Shown: positions 13,835 through 25,560 of the stretch, one piece after another
How positions within the stretch are numbered: position 1 is the first letter of the stretch
Layout: every line of letters begins with the position of its first letter
From: Bigelowiella natans CCMP2755
Taxonomy: Eukaryota > Protista > Cercozoa
Direction of reading: 5' to 3'
DNA length: 64,000 bases
Assembly (NCBI GenBank): GCA_000320545.1
Contig: ADNK01001953.1
Coordinates: 79,966-143,965 of the forward strand
Made by a program: the position numbers and the translations under genes
Notes under the pieces: generated by a model
What the model saw: only the letters and a program-made list of their open reading frames with translations
What the model was told of the DNA's origin: nothing
The model's database searches: none

Positions 13835-14141
13835 TATGATCATCTATATCTGATGAAGGACATCTGTAATCATCATCCTCCTCCTCATCATCCTCGCCAC
13901 CATTCTCATCATCAATATCATCGTTGTCAAAGTGCTTTTGCCCATCTGATTTTAGAAGGATTAGCAATAGCAAGCAGTAAGGCAACTTACTTATCTATGA
14001 GAAGTTCCTCTGACTGCTAACTACTTGTACTAGTACTCCTTACTTGTATTTCGTCGTTTCTGCTGTTTTTGCTGCTGTTTTTGTCTGTGTTGCTGCTCTC
14101 GGAACAATGCTAAAGACAAAGATATTTGCATATGCACAGGA

Positions 14142-14173
<32 letters not shown>

Positions 14174-15063
14174 GTGTGTTAGATTGTTATCGCTGCCTTC
14201 ACACCTTCAATAGCCTTTTTCCCTGCATCCTCAGTGTCACTATTCTTTTGATCCTTGTCTTCTTTTCCCCCTTTTCCTTCTTCTTCATCGTCGTTTGAAG
14301 ATGTAGATAAATGCGTCTGCAGCAGAATTAGTAGTAGTAATAGTAGTAGTAGCAGTAGTAGTAGTGGTGGTGGTGGTAGTAATAATACGAACAATTGCAA
14401 CCTCTGACGATGATGATGATTGCACGTTTAGAAATAAGAAACAACTGAAAAACTATACTAAGTAGGAGTAGAGAATATACCTACTAGTCCTCCTCCTCCT
14501 CCCTACTACTACTACTACTACTACTACTACTATCCCTCACCACACCCTGAAGAATAAGATGATGAATATTCTTGATGTTTGCTTACATTCGTCTATTAGC
14601 TATTATCATCATCGTCACTATCACCACCACCACCATCATTATCATTATCATGTTCATCCATTACAAAGAACTTCCTGTTTTTCTTGTTTGATCTTTGTAA
14701 AGCCTTTTCAAATAGCTTTACCTGTTGTGTGGAATCAGCATTTCATGATGACAATATACGATGACCAAACATGCACACACAAACACATAAACACACAAAC
14801 ACGACGTCAACCTACGCATACCTCTCACCTTATGATGAAAGCGGTCTAATATAATTTCTATCACTCTTTGTCTATTATGATTTCTTTTTTTCCTTCGCTT
14901 ATGATGTGCTATTATGATAAATCGTACTACGAGTCTGCCAGGATATGCTACTACCGCAACTGCTAGTACGACTTACTACCGCTTCATTCGGTTTCGAGCG
15001 TATGTACTTTTGATTGACTTTATGGTGTATCTTCCCTGCAATGCTGATCGGTGTGTGATGATA

Positions 15064-15099
<36 letters not shown>

Positions 15100-15645
15100 A
15101 CAATTAAAAGGGATAGAAATAATATGAATACGAACAATAAGGTTTAGAATAAAAGAAACAGGACACGAGCCCCTCATAGAATGCTACGCACTGCCACTTC
15201 TATTGTACTACTTCTATTAAAATTGTTCTGGTACTGCTAAATAGAGACGATGACTAGTACTTTGCTTTCCTTGTCGCAGGGGTACTAGCCACCGTTATTG
15301 TATACGTGCCTTTAAATAATACTCATACTGAGCAAATACACGCTCATCCTATATCTCACCACTCAATCAAATCAAACCGAACCAAATCTATGGTAGTGGT
15401 GGTGGTTTTGGGGGGGGGAGGGGATTGGGTTTATGGAGGTACCGTCTTTAGCATTTTTGAAACAAGCTTCCAGATCATACCATCTATGTGTGATGATGAT
15501 GACGATTACAACGTAGTAGCAAACAGTGGTGATGGTGATAATAATGGTGAGTTCTTTTCACTTGTTCAATATAAGGCGACGAGACGACGACTATGTCTCA
15601 GTGTTATTCCCCCCCCCTTCTCCTCACATTATAACTACTGATATG

Positions 15646-15679
<34 letters not shown>

Positions 15680-16022
15680 ACACTCCACTAGGTTTGCCTT
15701 TCTTCATCCCCATCACTTGAAACTTAATATTGATCGACGTGTGGTACAACATCAACAACAAGAACATAAGGAAGAATGGTTAAGATGATGATGACTCATT
15801 AAAAGGAAGGATCAGTGCCGTCTTTTACCCTGATAATGTGTTATATTTCTCCCCTGATGTTGATGTTGTTTATCGTCGTTTAAGGTGCTAACAATATCAA
15901 CAAACCTTTGGCATGGGGTCATTAGGAGATAGGCCTAAGCTTTCAAGCTGCTTTGCTCTTTCCTGCAGTAAGAGCGAGGTAATAGTAGGACATATATTAA
16001 TACATATAAAAATGTATATATG

Positions 16023-16060
<38 letters not shown>

Positions 16061-16845
16061 AAGTATGCTATTCACCGCCAACATCATCGCCACCACCACC
16101 ACCACCACCACCATCATCTTCCTCTTCTTCATAGTATCCATAGCCATAGCAGCAGTAGCAATGGAAGTAGTAGTAGTGACGGTGGTGGTAGTAGTTGTAT
16201 GTGCGACTAAAGACCTGATCTTTAACATCCTCGTATTCATCTGGGATTATGGTACAATATACAGAATAAGTAGACAGTTAGGTTATGGTGGAAGAGCTGG
16301 CTAAAACACAAGAATTCGTTGGCATCATCACCAATCTCAGCTCTACTATCATCATCTATGAAGGTGGTAATTAGAGTCAGTACGGTTTGATGTTTGTCGT
16401 TAATAGCTGATGATGATGATAATGGTGATGATAATGATGATGGTGATGATAATGATGATATATTCTAGTGAAACAACGACAGCATTAAGTAGTATTAGTA
16501 GCAGAGTAGAAGTTGCGGTTATAGGAATTTCTCCTAACGGCTTACGATCTCTAGCCAAAGCCTCTCGTACAGCTTTCGGAAGTTTCTTCGCCTCTGGGGA
16601 GAATATCTTGAAGTGGTATTGTAACAACAACGCCAACAAAAACAACAACAGCAAGAAGAAGAGGAAGGGGCAATAATAACAACAACAAGAGGGGAAAAGA
16701 TGTGACTAAAGAGAGAACAAGAGAGAGAAAGAGAGAGAGAGAGAGAGAAAGAGAGGGGAGGGGGGGGGGGAGCTTGTGAAGATGGTTGAAAGATGCTCTT
16801 AGGGAACTATCTATATATGTGTTGGAAGTCATATATATAATAATA

Positions 16846-16892
<47 letters not shown>

Positions 16893-17051
16893 CAGGTAAG
16901 CTTGAAGACAAGCGACAGTCAACCACGATTACGACGATGACTACAAAAACGATGTCCACCACCACCACCACCACCACCACCTGCGTGAGATTGGTAGGAT
17001 CTATCCCGGCTAGCCTACATCTCTTTTCTGCTTTCTAATCAATCATCAACA

Positions 17052-17085
<34 letters not shown>

Positions 17086-17344
17086 AAGTAGTAATCGTAT
17101 CAATTCGTTTGTTCTTACACGTTTGAATATCTTCACACTTTGAGTCCCTCATATCATTAGAAGTAACACTAGTATCATCATCTTCTTCTTCTTATTGTTA
17201 TTATCATGACTTTTCAAGTCGTCTTCTAGTACCATTTCAGCACTTTCATATGTTAGAAATGCTGGCGAGAACTCACTCCGGTAATTGGTCTGTAACGAGA
17301 CGAAGCAATCAAGGTGTGTAGTGTCAATAATGACTCTACTGCAG

Positions 17345-17376
<32 letters not shown>

Positions 17377-20103
17377 GCATGATCACTATCAACACTGCTT
17401 TATTGTTGTTGCCTACCGGGCGCAGCCGAACATCCTTTGCATATATCGGCGAGACAGTGACATTTGTCATTACGCTGATAGATGGATGGATGGATGGATG
17501 GATAAATGGATGGATGGTGAGGACGTGGAATGTAGGTGTAGAAACCGACAGCAATGCCAGTTATTTGCATATCACATGATATTATTCTCTAACGAAGAAA
17601 TAAAAAAAAGGAGAAGAAGGAGAAGAAGAAGATTATCATCATTATTGTTATATTATTGTTTGCACTCTGAGTGAAGTAAGTACTCGATGAAACGTGCATA
17701 TAAGGTATCGGCGATTGTACAGTCGTAGGAGTGAGAGTCATTGTTGTACACTATTTTACTGAGATCAACCTTAATATAACAAACACCAATGTTATTCAGG
17801 CAAAGAAGATAACATCACCAGTAATATAGTGGGACAATCAACGACGAGAGGAGGATGTGGGAGAAGGAGGAGGAGGAGGAGGACACCAACCCCATTTGTG
17901 ATGGAGATGATGATGATGATGATGATAATGATGATGAACAAAGGGGGTGGGGGAAGGGGTTGGAGAATGTACCCAATGTGTCGGTTTTCGTTGTTTGTAG
18001 ATGACCATTTGGAATATCCGAGGATAACCACCCCCCTCATCGCCTTCTTCTTCTTGCCCCCCGTTGTCCTCACCACCAGCACCACCAGCCATATTTTCCT
18101 TCTTCTTGCCAACAAACAAAGGGCTATTTCCGACACAAACGGTATCATCGTTCATACTTCCAAATCGAGCACTAAAGCGAGGAGGACCAGCAGCGTGGCG
18201 TTTGCTAGCAGTAGCAGTAGAAGTGCTTAAGATGCTGCCAACCCCAATGAAACCCCTCCCTTCTGTGTCTGCAACTCCGTGTTTGAGACGAATCAGATTA
18301 GGCCGAACCCTGCTTGCCTTCTTTCCTGCCATTCTTGGATCAAACAATGCAAGAATAGCATCCGTTACAAGAAATGAATGGAGTTGATTAGTCGCCACAA
18401 CCCAAACAACATTTCTACACATGTTCTTATTATTATTATCATCAAAATTATTTATGCATCACTCGTTGGAGTTATACAACGCATCTTATCATCATGATTG
18501 TGATCTTCTAACCTATTCAGCCGTGCTTCTTTTGTATCGGCCACACGAACTCTATACGTTCCATCCTAAGGATGATATTATCACGGTACAAGAAGAAGAA
18601 GAAGAAGAAGAAGAAGAAGAAGAAGAAAAGAACCAGATACCAACAGATGATGATCATGATAATGATGATGATGATGATAGAAACGGGGATGGAAATAGTT
18701 GTATAGAGTCGATCATCTATCACTGCTATGTTTATCATCAACTCAATATTTGTACTGCGAACTACGATGACAACGACGATGACAACTACTACTACTACTA
18801 GTTGTATTTTATGCGCCTTGGCACTACTTACATCGTTGATTTTGCAGGATATGAGGTCATACCACCGGCCCGTTTCCTAGCAGAAAATCATAAGTACACT
18901 CGTAATAAAGCAGATAATCATAAGCCATCTAACATGCTCTTTAATAGAGCGAATAAAAGGACTTCCTGTGATCAATTGCTCTTTATCTATCAAGGAACAT
19001 CTTCCTCCATTTTTATCGTCTCTCTCTTTCGTAATATCACTCTCTCCATATTTATAAGCACCACCTTCCCACTCCTGATGCCTTGAATTTGATACACCTA
19101 TTATTACATAAGAATATGTCATCTCAGAGATTATCGATCATCGTCACTTGATGGGTATCGCTATCGATAGCTTGTTGGTGACATTTGAGATAGCAATTAC
19201 AAGTACGTTGACTAACCTTGATCTTTCGCGCATGTTGGTTGTTCTGTTGCTGCTGTTTTGGTTGGATCTTCGTCTTATAACGACTCTCGAGGACGACCCC
19301 AGAAGCCAGATTCTAATAGTGGAAAATAATCGTTGATACTTTAAGTGGAACGAACGCTCTATAACACACAGAGACGCATACGCACACGCACGCACTCAGG
19401 TACAAACTTATACTAACTACGGTGTGTGTGACTGTGTGCGTGCTTGTGTGTCTGTGTGGTGTATATACGCACTAACCCTAGAACACAACATCATTATCAT
19501 CCTTACAACAGCTTTCCTTAGCGTACCACATGTGGTACACATTGCAGTACTATTGAGCTTAAATTTCTCCATCCCATACCTCCAAGTATTTTGAGAATTT
19601 GGAACAAGCCTTGTCCCATACACTCACATCTACAAATAGTTGATAATTCACGGAGTAGCCAGTAGTAACTTCAGATGTCGTTTATATCCAAAGAGGGAGA
19701 AGCTACTAGATTTACTCAGCGGTCATGTGCATATGTTCGACACACGCCACACATTGTATCATCATGTTGAACTGTCACCGTATTAGTAATATTAGTAGCA
19801 GTAGCAGTAGCAATAGTAGTAGTAGAAAAGACAGGAATCATACCTTTATGCAGCTGTACCATGCTGTCCTGACACTCTGCTGCTATCCGCTCCATAATTT
19901 CTGGTCTCGTAAATCTACTCGACTTTACTTTTGTAGCTCCTCTATTCCCGCCTCCTCCTAACGTCCTACTAGGACACACAAGAGGAGGGAGGGTTGTTTC
20001 TCATTTCATTCATCACATCTGCACCCCACGCCCCTTACCTATCATCCATGAAGGGGGAAATAAGTATATGGAGCAGCAATGTCCCGATAACGTAGAATTT
20101 CAT
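9797..20103 (-). CDS. Large multi-exon unknown protein: signal peptide, two Tudor/Agenet-like segments, low-complexity acidic region, SH3-like domain, helical C-terminus
   Basis: Start MKFYVIGTLLLHILISP (ATG at 20103). Spliced exons read ETGRWYDLISCKINDDGTYRVRVADT; KIVYNNDSHSYDCTIADT; VPVGTKVTIHNLQKYPEFNKNQGEIWGEYSEGRYPVKLLFYVLKIKPENL; SLICDEMPSNIPSDLLTPGEDIPYGVDSDFDWMRREDLPDGVLKKGHVREELDDWIKEQ. The last exon and stop are uncertain (9797 or ~10038), and it could be two genes. Confidence 0.6.
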
Positions 20104-20404
20104 TTACAAGAAGATCATCATCGATGTTCCTTTGGGTAAGATTGTTGTTTCATTGCGTTCGTGATCATCAATCAGCGCCATTGCCAGCGTGCACTCTGTC
20201 CGAGAAATGATTGGAAGTTGGTTGGTAAGAGCATCTGCTTAGGATGATGTTTTGTCCCTACGACATGTGAATTTTCATGTCGTAGAAATAAATCAGTTTC
20301 TGCCGCAAAACAAATCCTGGCAATCTTACCCAAAAAAAATGTTGACACAGAAGTCGCAGAACAAAATTGGAACACAGTCATGAATGAAAACTACCTCGGA
20401 GATA

Positions 20405-22027
20405 AGCGAGCTTCTTGTTCATGACGAGTCCCTCTGTGATGGGAACTCAATTCAATGTTCAATGTCCATGAAGTTCCTCGCACTTGGAGTAGTTGCTTTG
20501 CGTCGACGCCACATTGTTGCCATTTGTGCTGTTGCACAATGGCCAGAATGCCATTCTTGAATTCCTTCCGGTTTCAATGGTTGGATGCACCACCTCACTG
20601 AAGTTGGTTCGAGGCACTGGCTAGCTGGGTTTCGCACACTGCAAACGTCTTGCAACACTTTGGAAGTGCAGTGTGTCATCATTGTTCATTCTTCATTGTT
20701 CATTGTTCCAATGTTCTCTTCTTCCATGCGCAAACAACTCTTCTTTCTCCTTCATTTGGCATTCGTTGTGTCCATTGTCGTTTGGCATTCACACACACCC
20801 AATGATGCTTTCAGTCACGCGCCATCTTTGGAGTTCTGAATTGGAATCAATTCACGTTCACAACACTGGAACAGTTCAAAGGCACACACACCCTTCATTG
20901 TTTTTCTTCTTGTTGTTGGTCAGCTCTGGAGCTGCACCATTGAAACAGCTTTGTCTTCACGCATTCGTCTGTTCACTCATCATCCGCTCAGTGGGCTGCC
21001 ACCAGAACCCGCGACTGTTTTTCAGCACCATTGGAATTGTGTTCATTCTCTCCCAGCTTTCTTCTAGGAAATGCTACCAATTGTATCATTGCAGAAAGAG
21101 GCAGAACTGAACACTTGTTGCACAACTGCATCAAACGTGCAACGAATGGCATGAATTTTTGATTGAGAGACATTGAGTGCACATTTATACATTTGCGCGT
21201 TCATGTGCGCCCAGGTGCATGCTTTTTGCGTGCGTGTGCTGAAACTTCGCACGTCCATGAAGCCAGTGTGCACACACCCTCATGAGCTTGCAAAACTTGT
21301 GGCACGCAAATGCAAATGCGCTAGCGTGTTCAAAAGTGGTGAGAATTTTTCAATTTTCGCCCGCTGGCAGGCGTTGAAAAATGAGGTTTTCAAGCTGAAA
21401 TTCGAAAAAAATTCAAATTTTGACCTCAAACAGGCTCCAGTGTGCTTCCAATGTCCAATTGCAACGATTGAGCGCGCCAGGCCGCACGCGCAAAGCACAG
21501 TTTGTTCAAAACCCACTCGTCACCGGGATTGACACAGTTGTGTGAGTCAGGTGGTCCTTTTTGAAAAATCTCAATGCAGCAAGCAACCCACACAATGTGC
21601 CATGGCTGCTAAGTCGTCTGTGGCTGGCATTGGCTGTGATGCTGTGATGTGACCACTTGCGTCGAGCTCACACGCTCAAGCATTGGGCAGTGTCTGGATG
21701 ATCTGGAGTGCGTGTGTGCATGCGTGTGCCCTGCTCCAGTGCTGGCCTGCATCCGTGTAGCTCGCCATCACTGCGTGCAAATGTGATGTGCAGACAACAG
21801 ATCATGCAGATGTGCATCATCGAAGAAATCCCTACCATGACAGAGACACATGCATGGATGGAAATAACTGAGCGATGCATGCAGCAAGAAATGCATGTGT
21901 CATGTGCACTGTCCAGCCTGCTAGCTGTGCGATGGCTTGTGCGCGTGTTGGCAGTGCAGTGTGTGTGTGTGTGTGCGTGTGTGTGTGTGTGTGTGTGCAT
22001 GTGCATGTGCACGTGTGTGAGAGAGAG

Positions 22028-22065
<38 letters not shown>
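20405..22065. mobile_element. Degenerate intergenic repeat/TE relic, strongly TpA-depleted; class not identifiable
   Basis: No credible ORF; the spurious ORFs are Cys/His/Met-rich. Shares AAAAATGAGGTTTT (21377) with the 43.2-43.6 kb MITE (43275). About 13 TpA in ~1660 bp. Confidence 0.55.
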
Positions 22066-22067
<2 letters not shown>

Positions 22068-22429
22068 GTAGAGAGTACACACAACAATCGACGCAACGTG
22101 TAGTCACATGTAGCAGTTACGTGTATAAATGCATCGGATCACATGTCTATTGGAGTAAGCTAGTAAGTGATGATATCAACAACTTTTCCTTTAGAAACGG
22201 CTGTATACATTATGGCTTGCGATGCCGCGCGACACCTGTGTCTTTGTGTATTTAGGCAGATGATAACATGCACATCCGAAATTTAAGTTTACATACGCGC
22301 ATGATAAATGAAAATATGTGTGCATCCAACTGTGCTTAGAGTGTAAATCCAACTGTGTGTTTAGAATATATTTAATAATGACGTCGACACCGTTTCAGTA
22401 AGGCCGAAACTACCATGCAGAGATTCGCT

Positions 22430-24566
22430 TCAAGCTTTGTATCCATCGCCGCTCCCAAATATAAATTGTCTATCTACAGCATCATAGCGAGCATCTGATG
22501 CAATACAATGCTTTGCTTCCCTTTCGATTTCTTCCTTATTTAGGTTCTTACCTATGAATACGAAGCGACACGTTCGTTTTTCTCCAGGCTTCCAATCTTC
22601 GGTAGGTTCGCCCCCGAAAAGCATATGTACCGCCTGAAATCGACAAATATTCATTTCATGAATAGATACTCAAAGGTAAATGTACATAAAACACATGCAT
22701 TCACATCCTTTTCTCTGTATGTATTTGAAGTCAATTAGTAGATACGCGTACAAAATAAAATTGATTGGTCGTCACCTGAAAAACAAACTTTTTGTGCATG
22801 CCTAGAATAGCTACAACGCCTTTGCTGCGGTACAGATCAACTCCTTTGTCTCTCATCATTTTCGTGATGAAAGCTTCAAACCTGATTTCCAAAGGTAGAA
22901 TTTTACAAAATGTTCTAATTATCCCAAAAAAGTGGGGTTACTACCGGCGTCCATTTAGCTCGCCCTCGAAGGAGATTCCGACCGAAGACACAGAGCTATC
23001 GTGCTCATGCTCCTGATCGAAGTTGAAGAACTCCTCATCGTTAGCCATAACACGGTCAAGAGAGAATCCACCGATGTTAATGATCTCCCTCAGATCGACG
23101 CGAGAGTACTTTGTCTCAATCATCTTTGCTTGTGAGTTAAACGAACGAATCTTGCTCTTCACCTCTTCGAGGCGCTTTTTGTCCACAAGATCTGTCTTAT
23201 TAAGCAGCAACACGTCTGCGAAGGCTACTTGCTCAACTGCTTCATTCTCGCCTTTCTTTTCCTCGTCCAGGCGTTCAATGATCCATTTACAGTCAACAAC
23301 AGTGACGATTCCATCAATACGAAATGTATTTGCAACGTTGTCGTCAGCAAAGAACGTTTGTGCAACGGGCGCAGGATCCGCCATACCCGTGGTCTCAATT
23401 ATGACACCATCTAGCTCCTTGCCCCCTTTAATCATCTTTGCAATTCGATTCAGAGTCTTCACCAAGTCGCCACGTACCGTACAGCATATGCACCCGTTGT
23501 TCATTTCAACAACATCCTCATCTTCCTTAAATTTGCTCCGCACAAGCTGGTCGTCAACGCCAACACTTCCATACTCGTTTTCAATCACAGCATATTTTCG
23601 CTCCTAAAGGTTTAAGATATCGGCATTACATGAGTGAAAGGAGTAAATTGTGGCAATTATAATAAGAATCAAAAGATTTGTGGAACACGGATAGCCATAT
23701 GAGTTTAGAGTGAGAGGGAAAAGTAAAATTGATGAGAATTCAAGAACCTTTTGCTCCGATAAGATGTAATTCAGCAAAGTCGTCTTTCCGGAACCTAAAA
23801 ATCCTGTGAGAACAGTGACGGGCAACTTTGAGGCTTCGAATTTCCTCCTTGCTTCCTCACGCTGCGCGGAGTTCTTCGCATAGTCATCCGCGAATTTTTT
23901 AAGATACTGTAACACCATGTTGTCTGGGCAAAGATTGCTAGCTTTATCAGCATCAGCAGCAGCCGCTTTCGGAGCCATGAAACCAACAAGTGCCAAAGAA
24001 CGCAGGGCCAGATTTTGAGCTACAAGGACCTTTTTCACATTATTATCCTCCATATTTGTTCTATCTAAAAGAACAAGAGCTCGCCCTGCATCAGCTGCTG
24101 CAGCACCGTTGCGGTTTGTTGCAAGTTCTTTCATCGATTTCGCAGTGAACAAGCTCCATGCATCATTTTTTAGCTTCTTCATCGCTTCTACTGCGGCCTT
24201 CTGATCCGTCTCATCAATTACCCACCCCATTTTGGTCAGCTTTTTCAATATCTCCTCCTCCCGCAATATCGAAGAATCTTTGATTTCAGGGTGTTTGAAG
24301 CCAAGGATCATATTTTTAATTCGCTGTACGGGGTCTTCAAAGCTGGATATCTTTGACTGATCCTCGAAAGAGGCACTTTTGAAGCAAAATGCATCCGAAT
24401 CTTCGGGGACATCGACGTATTCCCCTGAGTCCAGCTGGACTTGGTATGCCATTGGGTCGGGCGCATTAAAATCGCGTTTGATGATCTTGCCGGATTTCCA
24501 ACCTTCTTCGGTGTTGCACATCACCGTATCTCCCTCTAAATAGCGATACTTGCGCTTGCGTGACAT
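22430..24566 (-). CDS. CobW/COG0523 (ZNG1-like) G3E metallochaperone GTPase with N-terminal SH3-like and TPR-like domains; 4 exons
   Basis: LPVTVLTGFLGSGKTTLLN (Walker A), AVIENEYG, NNGCICCTVRGDL (GCxCC), IIETTGMADPAPV, NKTD; CobW_C region DLYRSKGVVAILGMHKKFVFQAVHMLFGG...FVFIGKNL. Exons at about 24566-23749, 23603-22945, 22881-22776 and 22633-22430. Confidence 0.95.
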
Positions 24567-24784
24567 GATTTAGAGCTTCGGACACTCGAAGTGACGAGAC
24601 GGAGATGGTGACGGAGGAGGTAACCTAGTGCGATTGCGAAGTGCGAATTGCGATGTTGGTCCAGTTTGGACGAGTTTTAAATTGTTTGTTTCCTAGATCT
24701 AAACGTTGTCGCATATTGATGATGGATGTGTTTTCACTTTGTACCATCTTGGCATCATTAGTTAGTTAGTTAGTTAGTTAGTTA

Positions 24785-25258
24785 GACCCGTTCCACGCAA
24801 ATACAAACTGACCAACCGACCAACCAATCTGCGTTGGTTTTTTTTTGGTGATTTTGGATGTTGATTTTCATGGATTTTTGCTCGTTCCACGCAAATACAA
24901 AACTGACTGACCAACCAATCTGACCAACAAAAATTTTGCTTTGTTTTGCCATACAATTTTTGACTTTCTCATTTTTGCACATGTTGTTCGGTTTGACATC
25001 AGCATGATGTGCGTGAGATGACATAACGAGAAAAATCATGTTGTTTTTGGATTTTTTCTTATTTTGCACCAGACAACAACATGACAACACTGGTCAGTTC
25101 CGACTGGTCGGTTTGAAGTTGTAAAACTGGTCACTTTTCAAACTTTGGTTGGTCAGTCTTCATAAAAAGGCGCTTCGAAAATAAAATAAATTAAATTAGG
25201 TGATATCGAAGGTGGTTGGTCAGTTGGTTGGTCAGTTTGTATTTGCGTGGAACGGGTC
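24785..25258. mobile_element. 474-bp MITE with ~33-bp TIRs and TTA target-site duplication (PIF/Harbinger, Tourist-like)
   Basis: tta|GACCCGTTCCACGCAAATACAAACTGACCAACC ... GGTTGGTCAGTTTGTATTTGCGTGGAACGGGTC|tta. An internal third copy of the TIR core sits at ~24883. A 3-bp TWA TSD is typical of PIF/Harbinger. Confidence 0.85.
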
Positions 25259-25560
25259 TTAATCTTTTCGCGCCCTTGACTTCCATTAGAGCATCCTGAA
25301 TCTCCTAGGAATGAGATGAGATAGTAGGACATGCACGTCAGAAAATTCCTCACATGAACAATTCCTGGAACACATCCAACAACTAGCCGTCGACCATTTT
25401 AGCATTTTCACTGATATGTTTTCGACGCATAGTAAAAACCCCCTCCATTTTACAGATTTCCTACTTTACTTCCAACAGAAAAGGAATCAAGATGATGATG
25501 ATGACGGATTAGAAAGAAACTCGTCTCCTCATCCCTGCTTCTTTCCACTCGGCAGATAAG

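Noticed and set aside
20452-22255. Numerous overlapping Cys/His/Met-rich ORFs (also at 9088-9627 and 42442-43786)
   Set aside because: Artefacts of TpA depletion removing TAA/TAG stops; no domain motifs or splice structure.
23023-23607. Long antisense ORFs over CobW, NDUFS8 (32055-32645) and gag-pol (63076-63540)
   Set aside because: Shadow frames of well-supported coding sequences on the opposite strand.
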